The notes under the pieces: model-generated | Told to the model about the DNA's origin: nothing | The model's database searches: none | Seen by the model: only the letters and a program-made list of their open reading frames with translations | From: a bacterium | GTDB taxonomy: Bacteria; RBG-13-61-14; DATKZS01 | Reading direction: 5' to 3' | Length of the DNA: 64,000 nucleotides | NCBI GenBank assembly: GCA_963674965.2 | Contig: CAXXFL010000005.1 | Location: 640,001-704,000, forward strand | Made by a program: the position numbers and the translations under genes | Shown: one piece after another, positions 21,110-31,570 of the stretch | Numbering within the stretch: position 1 is the stretch's first letter | Layout of the letters: each line of letters starts with the position of its first letter

Positions 21110-21192
21110 TCATTAATGAATCGTCCGTTCATGTCTGGTTATATAAAAGGCTTTTCAGGACAAAAATATAAACGGGTCAGGGGGTAACGTAT

Positions 21193-22332
21193 ATGTCGGG
21201 CCGGTTACAGAGCGTGATGATAAATGACTGCAATGACGGTATTGCCTTTATGAAGATGGAAAGCCCTCGGCATATGCCGTGTCCCTCCCTCGAGAGGACG
21301 TCATATCCCGGCCTGATCGTGGAGGACGTCAACTATATTGGCGCCTCTTCCGCCATGGAGGAAATATTCGACTTAATCCGCCGGGTCGCGGCCTCCCAAA
21401 GCAACGTTTTGGTGGTGGGCGAGAGCGGCACGGGCAAGGAACTCGTAACCAAGGCCATCCATCATTTAAGCCCCCGAAGAAACGGAAGGCTCGTGGCCCT
21501 TAACTGCTGCGCCATCCCTCGCGACATGCTCGAGAGCGAGCTTTTCGGACACGTGAAGGGCGCCTTCACCGGGGCCGCCGCGGACAGGGTGGGCCGGTTC
21601 CTGATGGCCAAAAACGGGACCCTCATGCTCGACGAGATATCCGAGATGCCCCTCGACCTGCAGGCCAAGCTGCTCCGCGTCATCCAGGAAAAAAAGTTCG
21701 AGCCCCTGGGAAGCTGCGATACCGTGCACAGCGACTGCCGTATAGTCGCGGCCACCAACCGCGACCTGGAGGACATGGTCCAGGCCAGGAGCTTCCGTGA
21801 AGACCTCTATTACAGGCTGGCCGTCATTCCCATAAACATTCCGCCTCTGCGGGAAAGAGTCGAGGATATTCCCGTTCTCGTCGAGTACTTCCTGGATAAA
21901 ATGAATCGAGAAAGAGGATGCGCCCTGGCCGGCGTCACCGACGACGCCATGGACCTCATGATGAGCTATTCCTGGCCGGGAAACGTAAGGCAGCTCGAGA
22001 ACGCCATCGAAAGAGCGGCCGTCCTGAAAGGGAAGGGAATTATCACTCCAAGGGACCTTGGTCCCAGGATCAAGGCCGAAACCTTCGCCGAGCCCGAGAC
22101 TTTAGCGCCGGCGACGCGAATGAGCTTTCCCGAGGAGGGGATCGACTTCAATCAGGCCCTTAAAGAATACGAGACCTTTCTGATTGGAGAAGCCCTGAGA
22201 AGGACCAGCGGAAACAAAAACAAAGCCGCGGGACTTCTCAACCTCAAGCGCACGACCCTGGTCGAGAAGATAAAGCGTCACGGAATCGACGCCTCGGATG
22301 ACGGCCAGGAGCAGGCCCCGTCAAACTATTGA
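21193..22332 (+). CDS. sigma54-dependent enhancer-binding protein without a receiver domain (FleQ/FlrA-like position)
   Basis: [31 protein letters not shown] and a Fis-type HTH; start uncertain. Confidence 0.9.
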   Translation: MSGRLQSVMINDCNDGIAFMKMESPRHMPCPSLERTSYPGLIVEDVNYIGASSAMEEIFDLIRRVAASQSNVLVVGESGTGKELVTKAIHHLSPRRNGRLVALNCCAIPRDMLESELFGHVKGAFTGAAADRVGRFLMAKNGTLMLDEISEMPLDLQAKLLRVIQEKKFEPLGSCDTVHSDCRIVAATNRDLEDMVQARSFREDLYYRLAVIPINIPPLRERVEDIPVLVEYFLDKMNRERGCALAGVTDDAMDLMMSYSWPGNVRQLENAIERAAVLKGKGIITPRDLGPRIKAETFAEPETLAPATRMSFPEEGIDFNQALKEYETFLIGEALRRTSGNKNKAAGLLNLKRTTLVEKIKRHGIDASDDGQEQAPSNY

Positions 22333-22359
22333 TACCATCCGCTGATTTTCCGCCGTTTA

Positions 22360-22398
22360 CGCGCCGGCTTCAGGATAAGGGACCGGCGCGCCTTTATT
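22360..22398 (+). terminator. Probable intrinsic terminator
   Basis: CGCGCCGG...CCGGCGCG followed by CCTTTATT. Confidence 0.5.
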
Positions 22399-22515
22399 CA
22401 CGCGCCGCCCACCAGTTTTCATCTCCGATATTTTATCTAACGAATACAAATATTTAAGAATTATTTTCCCCGTACTTTCTTATCCTTGATTACAAAGCAA
22501 AAACCCATACGGGTG

Positions 22516-22530
22516 AGGAACGGTAATTGC
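22516..22530 (+). promoter_or_regulatory. sigma54 promoter candidate
   Basis: AGGAAC-GGTAA-TTGC (GG-N10-GC). Confidence 0.55.
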
Positions 22531-22588
22531 TCTACTAATATGGCGAGTCTCTAAAATGCGAATTGCATGCAACATACGAGGTCCCCAA

Positions 22589-25102
22589 ATGAATCGCTTA
22601 AAAGGCAATTGCCTCTATCTTGTTTTTATACTTGCCCTTTCTTTGTCCCCCGCTTCTTTTTCCCGGTCCGCCGGCCAGGCCGACGAGGGCGAGACGGTGT
22701 TAAGCCTCGAGGTGGATAAAAAGACGCGCTGCAAGGCCTATGGCCCCGACGATAAAGGCTGGGTGACGGTCAACCTGAGCGACGTTCCCGGCGAGGCCTC
22801 GAGACGGTTAAGACGCTCCGATTCCGACCTGGTGGAGGGCATGCTTCACTATTCCCCCGGCGAGGGAAAACTGAAAATCAAGATCAAGCTGTCCTCGAGC
22901 GACGCGAAGATATCCTATGCCATGCTCGACAATCCGCCAAGGGTCGTTCTGTACGCCCTCGAGCCGCCCGACCCTGACGCTCCTCTTCCCGAGCTTAAGG
23001 AGGAAGACGAAAAGATTCTTTCCTCCTTCCGCTTCGATCCGGGAACCGATGATGACGACGTGGACGAATCCCTCGACCAAGAAGGAGACGAGCCTTCCAT
23101 CGACGACCAGGGCTACGAGATTCTGACCTCTCACGCCCTGGCGGTCCAGCCCCTGCTCATCCCCCACGTTTCCGGTCCCTATGAGTTCAGCGACTCCGAG
23201 GAAGGGCGAAAGCTGGCCGAACTGGCGTCGGAGCTCGATACCGGCTCTCCCGACAAGGCGGTGGAAATTTATAACCGTCTCAATGAGGTCGAGGCCAAGG
23301 AGCTTTTCGACCGGGAATCCCTGGCCTTCATGACCGCCGAGGCCGCCGCCCGGGCGTGTCATCGTAACGGCAAATGCCGCGACGCCGCCGATATGTACGA
23401 AAGAGTGCTCAGTTGGTATCCCGAGTCCAACCTCGCGTCCTCGGGCCTGGTCAACCAGGCTATTACTTACCTCGATCTGGGCATAGCCCCCGTCGCCCAC
23501 GGCCTGGCCGCTCGGGCGGCGCAAAACGAAAAGGACAAGCCCGACCCCGACCGGGCTGTCATCTGCCGGGCGGGCACGGTTATCGGCGAGTCGCTCATGA
23601 GGATGGGCAAATTCGGGGACGCGGCCCGCGCTTTCGACTTGACTTCATCCCAGCGCTCCTGTGAGGACGACAGGGGCTGGGACATGGCCCGCATGGCCGA
23701 GGCCCTTACCAAGGCGGGAAATTACCGCGAGGCCTGGGACGCCGTCAATAACGTCGAGGAGTACTATCCCGAAATAATAGGGGAGTCCATTCACTGGGAC
23801 GTGCATAAAGGGGAGGCCGCCTTCCAACTGGGATACGTCGAGGAGGCAAATAAGGCCTTTGCCCGCTATCTCGATTCCGGAGCAGAGAAGGAAGGCCGGT
23901 CCTTTGCCCTCATGCGGCTGGGAGATTTGGCCAGGACCCTCGAGGGACAAGAACAAGCCGACGAATATTATAAAAGGTGCTACGAGGAATTCCCCGGTAC
24001 CTGCGGCGGCTGCGCCAGTCTGCTCAAGCTGGCAAGGGCACGGATTGGTGAAAAAGGCGGCAAGTCCGGCTTTAACGCCGCCATGGAATACCTTGATCAC
24101 GCCCAGCGGACCTGCCCGGGCAAAGACTATCTTCCCGACATCCTTTATCGGCGCGGAGTGGCTTATTACTCGCAAGGACAATACGAGGAAACCTTGACCG
24201 CCTTTAACGAGGCCATGGCTCATTATTCATCGGAGGACCTGGAGGGCCGCATCTTGAAGGAGGGTCCTCGCGTGGTCGGCGAGTATATCGAGCAGGTCAG
24301 GAAAGCGGGCATGCACGGCAAGGCCGTTTGGGCTTACGAGACTTTCCCGGATTTCCTGCCCGAGGACGCCATAAACGAGGTGGCCGATTCGCTGAACCGT
24401 CTGTCCGCCAACGTGGCGGCGGAGGAACTTCTCGAGGACGCCATCGAGACGGACTTCGACAACTTCGATTATGAGAGGGCCATGGTCCTGTTAGCCGAGT
24501 CGTTGCTCCAGTCCGACCGGATCGAGCGGGCCCGGCAAATATCTCAAAAATACCTTGAAATCTTTCCCGCGGGCGAAAGGGTGCATAACGCGAAATGGGT
24601 CCTGGCCAGGTGCGACGAGATGGACGGCAACTTGCAAAGCGCCATCGAGAATTACCGGTTCGTCCTAATTTCCTCCAGCGAGTACGGCCAGTGCGAGCTT
24701 TTGGTCAGCGTGGCGGCCGCCCATTTCGGAAACAAAAGCCCCCGCGAGGCTCTGGCCTATTACGACCGCGCCCTCGCCGGGACGTGCGATCCGGAGAAAG
24801 AGGACGGCCGCTACGACGACGCGCTTTACGGAAGGGCCGAGGCCTTAAGAAAGCTGGGCCGGCAGTCGGAGGCGGTCCGGGCCTATGGCAAGGCCCTGAA
24901 GAAAAACCCGGATCACCCGATGGCCCAGTTCGCCAGGCTGCACCTGGCCGACGGGTTGGCCCAAACAGGAAACGCCGATGAGGCGAATAAAAAATACCGG
25001 GAAGCGGCCTCTTCATCGGACCCCCTGGTCGCCGAGTTGGCCAAGGAAAGGAGTCGGATTTGCGAGCTCAAGCAAAAGTACGCTTGGATGGAAAAGTACT
25101 GA
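22589..25102 (+). CDS. Exported tetratricopeptide-repeat protein
   Basis: Signal peptide, many TPR-like helical repeats (A...Y...YP motifs); precedes the flagellar two-component pair. Confidence 0.8.
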   Translation: MNRLKGNCLYLVFILALSLSPASFSRSAGQADEGETVLSLEVDKKTRCKAYGPDDKGWVTVNLSDVPGEASRRLRRSDSDLVEGMLHYSPGEGKLKIKIKLSSSDAKISYAMLDNPPRVVLYALEPPDPDAPLPELKEEDEKILSSFRFDPGTDDDDVDESLDQEGDEPSIDDQGYEILTSHALAVQPLLIPHVSGPYEFSDSEEGRKLAELASELDTGSPDKAVEIYNRLNEVEAKELFDRESLAFMTAEAAARACHRNGKCRDAADMYERVLSWYPESNLASSGLVNQAITYLDLGIAPVAHGLAARAAQNEKDKPDPDRAVICRAGTVIGESLMRMGKFGDAARAFDLTSSQRSCEDDRGWDMARMAEALTKAGNYREAWDAVNNVEEYYPEIIGESIHWDVHKGEAAFQLGYVEEANKAFARYLDSGAEKEGRSFALMRLGDLARTLEGQEQADEYYKRCYEEFPGTCGGCASLLKLARARIGEKGGKSGFNAAMEYLDHAQRTCPGKDYLPDILYRRGVAYYSQGQYEETLTAFNEAMAHYSSEDLEGRILKEGPRVVGEYIEQVRKAGMHGKAVWAYETFPDFLPEDAINEVADSLNRLSANVAAEELLEDAIETDFDNFDYERAMVLLAESLLQSDRIERARQISQKYLEIFPAGERVHNAKWVLARCDEMDGNLQSAIENYRFVLISSSEYGQCELLVSVAAAHFGNKSPREALAYYDRALAGTCDPEKEDGRYDDALYGRAEALRKLGRQSEAVRAYGKALKKNPDHPMAQFARLHLADGLAQTGNADEANKKYREAASSSDPLVAELAKERSRICELKQKYAWMEKY

Positions 25103-25104
25103 TA

Positions 25105-26358
25105 ATGAAAAATTCATCCAGCGAGCCGAGCGCCCCGGCGGACCTTGAAACCAAGGCCGCCCGGGCCCTGGCCCAAGGTCCGGGTCTCGAAAAACTGGCC
25201 GAGCTGATCGACAACTTCAACCGGACGGGCAAGGAACTCGAGACAAGGTACGCCAAGCTGGAGGAAAAGCTCCGGCGCATGGAGGGAGAGCTTCAGGAAA
25301 AAAACCGGCAGATCGCGAGCATCGATGAGGAAAGGCGATCGACTCTCAGCTTCTTGAACCATCTTCTCGATACCATGCCCACCGGGCTTCTCGTCATGGG
25401 AAGGGACGGAAAGATCGAAAGCTTCAACCAGGCCGCGGCCAGGATGCTGGGGCCGGACATGGCCAAGGGCAACGGCGCCGTGGAAGCGGCGGCCCAATTG
25501 ATTAAAAAAAGGGTGTTCGAAAGCGCGGGCCCGGCGGAAGCCGGCGTTAAAGAGATAACCTATCGAAGGGACTCGGCGCCCACCCGAAGACTCTCCTTTT
25601 CATGGTCCACCCTTAATCGGAGCGGCTTGGGAAATAAAGGCGCCCTCATACTGGTGACCGACGTGACCGAGGCCAGGAAACTCCAGGAAAAAATCGAGCG
25701 CGATAGAAGACTGGCCGCCATCGGCGAGATGTCGGCTCGGATAGCCCATGAAATCAGGAACCCGCTGGGGAGCCTCACCTTGTTTCTATCCATTATCGAG
25801 GCCGAATGTAAGGACATGGAAAGGTGCCAAAAGCCGTTGAAATATCTTGCCTCCTCCGTGGAAAACATGGACCGGCTCATTACGGAACTCCTTGACTTTT
25901 CCAAACCCATGGAGCCGGAAATCGAGACGGTCAAACTGGTAGAGGCGGTAAGCGACTGCCTGGCCATGGTGGCAAGGGCTGCGGAGATAAAGAACGTGAA
26001 AATCGAGGCCACATCGGATGAAAATCTCGAGGTCAAGGCTGATTCAATACTGCTTAAGAGGGCGTTATTGAATTTAATTTTAAACGCTCTCGATATCGTG
26101 GGCAAAGATGGAAAAATTAAAATTCTGGCAAGGAAAACCGGGTTCGACAAAGTGGCGATCTCGGTGATCGACAATGGACCGGGCATGAGCGCCGAGGTGA
26201 AAAAAGACATCTTCGAGCCTTTTTACACTACCAGGCAGCAGGGAACGGGCCTGGGCCTGTCCATTGTAAGGCGCATTGCCGAGGCCCACGAGGGATCGGT
26301 CAGGGTCCATAGCCTGCCCGGGGCGGGCGCGGCTTTCAGCCTGATCATTCCCCGCTGA
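25105..26358 (+). CDS. PAS sensor histidine kinase (FlrB/FleS-like)
   Basis: Coiled coil, PAS (FNQAA), AHEIRNPL, N box, DNGPG, FEPFYTT, GTGLGL. Confidence 0.92.
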   Translation: MKNSSSEPSAPADLETKAARALAQGPGLEKLAELIDNFNRTGKELETRYAKLEEKLRRMEGELQEKNRQIASIDEERRSTLSFLNHLLDTMPTGLLVMGRDGKIESFNQAAARMLGPDMAKGNGAVEAAAQLIKKRVFESAGPAEAGVKEITYRRDSAPTRRLSFSWSTLNRSGLGNKGALILVTDVTEARKLQEKIERDRRLAAIGEMSARIAHEIRNPLGSLTLFLSIIEAECKDMERCQKPLKYLASSVENMDRLITELLDFSKPMEPEIETVKLVEAVSDCLAMVARAAEIKNVKIEATSDENLEVKADSILLKRALLNLILNALDIVGKDGKIKILARKTGFDKVAISVIDNGPGMSAEVKKDIFEPFYTTRQQGTGLGLSIVRRIAEAHEGSVRVHSLPGAGAAFSLIIPR

Positions 26359-26380
26359 TTAGCCGGTCTTGGGAGGAAAG

Positions 26381-27706
26381 ATGGCTCAGGAAAAAAAGAT
26401 TATGGTAGTTGACGACGACGAGGCCATGAGGGCGGCCCTCTTTGCCGCCCTGTCCAGGCAGGGACACGAGGTCGAGATATTCGATAATGGAGAAGACGCG
26501 CTCAAGTCCCTTGGCCCCGGCTCGCGGGACCTGGTGATATCGGACGTTAAAATGGCCCCCATGGACGGCATGGAGTTCCTGGGCAAGTTGAAGAAAAAAG
26601 TCCCCGACATGCCCGTTATCATGATCACCGCCTTCGGCACCGTGGCCATGGCCGTGTCGGCCATGAAAAAGGGCGCCAGCGATTTTCTCTTAAAGCCCTT
26701 CAGCCTGGACGACCTTGACGCCTGCGTGCAAAGGGCCGTCACGAGCCGGACCCTGGAGGAAGACGCCGGGACGGAAGGCTCCAAGATCGTGACCGGGGAC
26801 CCCGCCTTTTCCGGTCTTATCAAGGTGGCCGACAGGGTGGCCGCCAGCAAGGCCACCGTCCTCATCCTGGGCGAGTCGGGCACGGGCAAAGAACTCCTGG
26901 CCAGACGGGTCCACCAAAAAAGCGGAAGGGACCCGCTCATCGCCGTCAACTGCGCGGCCATTCCCGACAACCTCCTTGAAAGCGAGCTTATGGGATTCGA
27001 AAAAGGGGCCTTCACCGGGGCCGTGAAAACCAGGATCGGAAAATTCGAGGCCGCCGGAGGTGGGACCATACTCCTCGACGAGGTGGGAGAACTATCGCCC
27101 ATGCTGCAGGCAAAACTACTTCGCTTGCTCCAGGAGAAAGTGGTGGAAAGGCTGGGCGGAGACCATACCATCCCCGTCGACGTCAGGGTGATCGCCACCA
27201 CGCACAGGAACCTGGCGACCATGGTCCAGGAGGGAGAGTTCAGAGAGGACCTTTATTACCGGCTGAACGTTATTCCCCTTACCATACCTCCCCTTCGCGA
27301 GAGGCCATCGGACCTCATGCCCCTGGCCGAGCATTTTCTCGATTTATACACTGAAAGGGAGGGTTTGCAAAAACCAAACCTTTCCGCCAAGGCAAAAGAA
27401 TTTATTGTGCAACACGACTGGCCCGGAAACGTAAGGGAAATGGAAAACAGATTGCAAAGGGCCATACTGCTTTGCCAAAACAATGAAATCTCCGAGGAAG
27501 ATATTGTTTATGGCTCCGATTTAATTATGGAAAACCATGACGACTTCGACCCGGCCCCCGGCGCCACTATTCGAGATATGGAAACAAAGCTCATTATGGC
27601 CACCCTGGAAAGCACGGGCGGCAACCAAACCCAGGCGGCCAAACACCTGGGCATCAGCAGAAGGACCCTGCACAACAAGCTGAAAATTTTGAGGATCGAG
27701 ACGTAA
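26381..27706 (+). CDS. sigma54-dependent response regulator (FlrC/FleR-like)
   Basis: REC domain plus AAA+ ([14 protein letters not shown]) plus HTH; immediately upstream of flgB. Confidence 0.93.
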   Translation: MAQEKKIMVVDDDEAMRAALFAALSRQGHEVEIFDNGEDALKSLGPGSRDLVISDVKMAPMDGMEFLGKLKKKVPDMPVIMITAFGTVAMAVSAMKKGASDFLLKPFSLDDLDACVQRAVTSRTLEEDAGTEGSKIVTGDPAFSGLIKVADRVAASKATVLILGESGTGKELLARRVHQKSGRDPLIAVNCAAIPDNLLESELMGFEKGAFTGAVKTRIGKFEAAGGGTILLDEVGELSPMLQAKLLRLLQEKVVERLGGDHTIPVDVRVIATTHRNLATMVQEGEFREDLYYRLNVIPLTIPPLRERPSDLMPLAEHFLDLYTEREGLQKPNLSAKAKEFIVQHDWPGNVREMENRLQRAILLCQNNEISEEDIVYGSDLIMENHDDFDPAPGATIRDMETKLIMATLESTGGNQTQAAKHLGISRRTLHNKLKILRIET

Positions 27707-27789
27707 GGGGAAGGATTTTCCCGTTTAAGGCAATGAAAAACGGGAAAACCAAACCGACCGAGGCGAAAAAGGAGTGAAATAACATGCAA

Positions 27790-27822
27790 TATCAGCAACT
27801 TACATTAAGGCACGATGTTTGC
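27790..27822 (+). promoter_or_regulatory. sigma54 promoter of flgB with an adjacent IHF-like site
   Basis: AGGCAC-GATGT-TTGC at 27808-27822; TATCAG-CAAC-TTA (WATCARN4TTR) at 27790-27802. Confidence 0.75.
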
Positions 27823-27848
27823 TATAAATAAAGCGGGGTGAAAAAAAG

Positions 27849-28241
27849 ATGAATATATCAAATAATTGGCTCAATCCCGGCGGCGTCAGCCTCCTGAAAA
27901 CGGCCCTCGACCTGTTCAGAGACCGACAAGCCGTCATCGCTTCCAACGTTGCCAACCTCGATACGCCAGGCTACAAGGCCAAGCGGCTCGACTTCCAGAG
28001 CAGCCTCAGGGCCGCCGTGGAAGCGGAAAGGTCGGACGGCCCCCTCCCCTCGGGCAAGCTCGAGGTCAATCCCATCCTCAGCGAGGTCGAGGGACCGGCC
28101 GGACCGGACGGGAATACCGTCTCGCTCGAGAGGGAAATGGCGCTCATGAATAAAAACGACGTGCTCTATAAATCCTCGGTCGAGTTGATCTCGAAAGAAC
28201 TCGACCTGCTGGCGGCGGCCGTTTCGGGAGACGTGAGATGA
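27849..28241 (+). CDS. flgB: Flagellar basal-body rod protein FlgB
   Basis: RQAVIASNVANLDTPGYK, DGNTV. Confidence 0.93.
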   Translation: MNISNNWLNPGGVSLLKTALDLFRDRQAVIASNVANLDTPGYKAKRLDFQSSLRAAVEAERSDGPLPSGKLEVNPILSEVEGPAGPDGNTVSLEREMALMNKNDVLYKSSVELISKELDLLAAAVSGDVR

Positions 28242-28690
28242 ACTTCTTTACCGCGCTCGATATCAGCGCCTCCGGTCTGTCGGCCCAGCAGACCCGGCTT
28301 AACGTATCATCCTCGAACCTTGCCAACATGGAAAGCACCAGGTCTCCCGAGGGCGGTCCCTACAAAAGGCGGGAGGCCGTCTTCGCGGCGACCCCGCTCG
28401 AGGGCGGCTTCGGCGCGGCCCTTCACTCGGCCGCGGCCGACGTCGCGGTGGGCGAAAACCTGGCCGGAGTCGAGGTGGCCGAGATCAAACGGGACGACGG
28501 TCCCGGCCGCATGGTTTACGATCCGGGCCATCCCGACGCGGATGAGGACGGCTACGTGGCTTACCCGGATATCAATCCCCTCGAGGAGATGGTCAATATC
28601 ATGCTGGCGGGCAGGAGCTACGAGGCCAACTTGAACGCGGCGACGACGGCCAAGAACATGGCGCAAAAAGCGCTCGAGATCATGAGGTAA
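28238..28690 (+). CDS. flgC: Flagellar basal-body rod protein FlgC
   Basis: ISASGLSAQ, NLAN, YDPGHPDA, SYEAN. Confidence 0.95.
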   Translation: MNFFTALDISASGLSAQQTRLNVSSSNLANMESTRSPEGGPYKRREAVFAATPLEGGFGAALHSAAADVAVGENLAGVEVAEIKRDDGPGRMVYDPGHPDADEDGYVAYPDINPLEEMVNIMLAGRSYEANLNAATTAKNMAQKALEIMR

Positions 28691-28695
28691 CCGCC

Positions 28696-28992
28696 ATGGT
28701 GGACAAGGTAGGATTCGGTGCGTTAAGGCCGGTCGAGGAATTGTCCGCGGCCGAGCCCGCCGGGCGTCCGACCGTGGATTTCGAGACCCACGTGCAAGGG
28801 GCGCTCGAGGAGGTCAGCGGTCTTCAGGCCCAAGCCGACCGGGCGGTCGAGGACCTGGTGGTGGACAACGCCGGCTCGATCCATGAGGCCATGCTGGCCA
28901 TGCGCCAGGCCGAGATCGGCTTCAAGCTGATGCTCACGGTCCGCAACAAGCTGGTGGACGCCTACCAGGAAATCATCAGGATGCAGATTTAA
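28696..28992 (+). CDS. fliE: Hook-basal body protein FliE
   Basis: VRNKLVDAYQEIIRMQI. Confidence 0.93.
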   Translation: MVDKVGFGALRPVEELSAAEPAGRPTVDFETHVQGALEEVSGLQAQADRAVEDLVVDNAGSIHEAMLAMRQAEIGFKLMLTVRNKLVDAYQEIIRMQI

Positions 28993-29004
28993 TCCCCGGA
29001 GTGA

Positions 29005-30549
29005 ATGATGGACTCGATAGCAAAGCTGATGGAAAAATTCGGGGTCTTCTTCAAGGAGCTTCCGATCCAGAAAAAGATCATGCTCGTCCTCGGCGTGGCC
29101 GCGGCGGCCGCGGCGGTAACGGGCGGGGCCATGTACACCGGTCGTCAGGAATTCGCCGTTCTTTTTTCCGGACTCGAGCCCCAGGACTCGGGGGCGGTGG
29201 TGACCAAGCTCAAGGAAATGCAGATACCCGTTCAGCTCGATGGCGGCGGCTCGGTCGTGATGGTGCCGGAGGAACGCCTGGCCGAGGCCCGGGTCAGTCT
29301 GGCCGAAAGGGGCCTTCCCCAAAGCGGGGTGGGCTTCGAGCTTTTCGACGACCAGAAGACGGGCATGACCAGCTTCGCCCAGCACCTTAATTTCCAGCGC
29401 GCCCTGCAGGGGGAGTTGACCCGGACCATAAACCGCATCTCGGGCATAGCCGGCTCGAGGGTCCACCTGGTCATTCCCGAGCCCTCGCCTTTCCTGAGAA
29501 ACAAGGAGGACCCCAGGGCGAGCGTTTACGTGAAGCTCAAAGCCGGAGCGGCGCTGCGCCAGGAGCAGGTGGCCGGCATCGTCCACCTGGTGACGGGCAG
29601 CGTGAACGGCATCTCGGCCGAGGACGTCACGGTCATCGACGACAAGGGCAGGGTCCTTCACGGCGGCGGCTCGGGCATGGCCGGTCTCAGCGACGGCCAG
29701 GTCGGCTACCGGCAGGGACTCGAGGCGGAATACAAGCAAAAGATCGAGAACGCCCTGGGCAGGGTGCTGGGCCCGGGCCGGGCCATCGCCCAGGTCACGG
29801 CGGACCTCGATTTCAGCCTGGTCGAGAGGACCGAGGAAATTTACGACCCTGAAAAAACGGCGGTCAGGTCCGAGAAGCGCAGCGAGGAAAAACGGACCAT
29901 GCAAAAGGGCGAGCCCGGCGGGTCGCCCGGCACTCCCAGTAACCTTCCCCCCGGCGGCGAGAGCGGGTCGCAGGGACAAAACGAGCAGGGAAGTAAAAGC
30001 TCGGAGAGCGTGACCTACGAGATAGCCAAGAAGATCGAAAGGACCACCGAGCAAGTGGGAGACGTGAAAAAGCTGGCCGTGGCCGTGGTGGTGGACGGCA
30101 AATACGAGACCGACGGAAAGGGAGCGACCACCTACTCGCCCCGCACCGACGATGAGATGGTGCTTATAACCAAGGTGGTGCAAAGCGCCATCGGGTACGA
30201 CCCGACTCGGGGCGACAAGGTCGAGGTGGTCAACATGCCCTTCCAGACCGAGGAGATTCTCGAGGCCGAGCCCGCGGCCGACAACGGCGGGCTGGTGGGA
30301 CAGATCATCAGGGCCGTCATCGTGCTGGTGGGCATTGCCCTCATCTTCTTTACCGTCGTAAGGCCGGTGATGAAGACGACGCCCCAGTACGCGACGGTCA
30401 GGCACGCCATGCCGGCCATACCCGGGCAGCCCCGTCCGGCCATGATGCCCATGCCCGGCCAGGAACTCTCGGCCGATGAGGTCAAGGCCCTGGCGGCCGG
30501 CGACATCGATCGCACGGTCCTGGCCATCAGGGAATGGCTCGAGGAATAA
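29005..30549 (+). CDS. fliF: MS-ring protein FliF
   Basis: GFELFD, RALQGELTRTI, RVHLVIP; two TM segments. Confidence 0.94.
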   Translation: MMDSIAKLMEKFGVFFKELPIQKKIMLVLGVAAAAAAVTGGAMYTGRQEFAVLFSGLEPQDSGAVVTKLKEMQIPVQLDGGGSVVMVPEERLAEARVSLAERGLPQSGVGFELFDDQKTGMTSFAQHLNFQRALQGELTRTINRISGIAGSRVHLVIPEPSPFLRNKEDPRASVYVKLKAGAALRQEQVAGIVHLVTGSVNGISAEDVTVIDDKGRVLHGGGSGMAGLSDGQVGYRQGLEAEYKQKIENALGRVLGPGRAIAQVTADLDFSLVERTEEIYDPEKTAVRSEKRSEEKRTMQKGEPGGSPGTPSNLPPGGESGSQGQNEQGSKSSESVTYEIAKKIERTTEQVGDVKKLAVAVVVDGKYETDGKGATTYSPRTDDEMVLITKVVQSAIGYDPTRGDKVEVVNMPFQTEEILEAEPAADNGGLVGQIIRAVIVLVGIALIFFTVVRPVMKTTPQYATVRHAMPAIPGQPRPAMMPMPGQELSADEVKALAAGDIDRTVLAIREWLEE

Positions 30550-30570
30550 ACAACCAAAGGTTGGCGGCAT

Positions 30571-31569
30571 ATGGATAAAGAAGCCAAAAATCAGCTTTCC
30601 GGGCCCGAAAAGGCGGCCATCCTCTGCCTGGTTCTGGGCGAGGACGTCATGACCAAGGTCTTCGGAAAAATGGACGACAAGGAGGTCAAGGAGATAAGCA
30701 ACGCCATGAACGCCATGCGCGGGGTCCCCCTCAAGAACCTCCAAAGCGTAATGGAGGAATTCGTGGACCAGACCCTGGCCAACACCACCGCCATCCACGA
30801 TGGGTCGGCCATCACCCCCGGGTTCCTCCAGAAGTCGCTCGAGGAGGATAGGGCCTCCGGGCTCATCCGGCAGCTCGCCATAGCCCAGGGCGTGGGGGGG
30901 CTCGACTCGATTAAAAACATCCCGGCCGCCTCTCTTCTGAACGTCCTCGAGCACGAGCACCCGCAGACGATAGCCGTGGTGCTGAGCCTCCTGCCCTCCT
31001 CGAAGTCCAGCTCGATCCTGGCCAAGCTGAGGCCGGAAATGCAGGCCGACATCGTCGCCAGGATCGTCAAGCTCAACAAGATACCGCTCCGGATCATCGA
31101 GGACATCGACCGCGAGCTGGGCAAGAAAATCCAGAACGTCAAGGTGGACAAACAGGTCGAGGCCGGCGGGGTCCGGTCGGCCGCCGAGATGATAAACGAG
31201 CTTTCCCGCGACCAGGAGGAACAGGTACTGCAAGGCCTTTCCAAGATCGACCCGGAAATGACCACCGAGATCATCAAGAAGCAGTTCGTCTTCGAGGACT
31301 TAAAGAAACTCGAGGACCGGGAAATACAGACCCTGCTCAAGGACGTGGACATGCACGACCTGGCCGTTTCCATGAAGATGGCCAGCGCTCAGGTCAAGAG
31401 CCGGATCATGAAGAACATGTCCGGACGGGCCGCCGACATTTTGAAAGAAGAGATAGACCTGATGGGGAACCTGAGCGTCCAGGACGTGGAGGATTCCCAG
31501 GCGGTGATCCTGATGACCGCCAAACGCCTCGAGGAAGAAGGACGCCTGGTCCTAAGAAAGAGGAAATAA
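30571..31569 (+). CDS. fliG: Motor switch protein FliG
   Basis: KAAIL, EHPQTIA, GG, FVFEDL, NMSGRAA. Confidence 0.92.
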   Translation: MDKEAKNQLSGPEKAAILCLVLGEDVMTKVFGKMDDKEVKEISNAMNAMRGVPLKNLQSVMEEFVDQTLANTTAIHDGSAITPGFLQKSLEEDRASGLIRQLAIAQGVGGLDSIKNIPAASLLNVLEHEHPQTIAVVLSLLPSSKSSSILAKLRPEMQADIVARIVKLNKIPLRIIEDIDRELGKKIQNVKVDKQVEAGGVRSAAEMINELSRDQEEQVLQGLSKIDPEMTTEIIKKQFVFEDLKKLEDREIQTLLKDVDMHDLAVSMKMASAQVKSRIMKNMSGRAADILKEEIDLMGNLSVQDVEDSQAVILMTAKRLEEEGRLVLRKRK

Positions 31570-31570
31570 A

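Noticed and set aside
21193-22332. FleQ-type c-di-GMP-binding site in the activator
   Set aside because: The FleQ LFRS and post-Walker-A RN residues are not present (the sequence reads VTKAIH).
28723-31233. 836-aa minus-strand ORF
   Set aside because: Antisense shadow of fliE-fliF-fliG.
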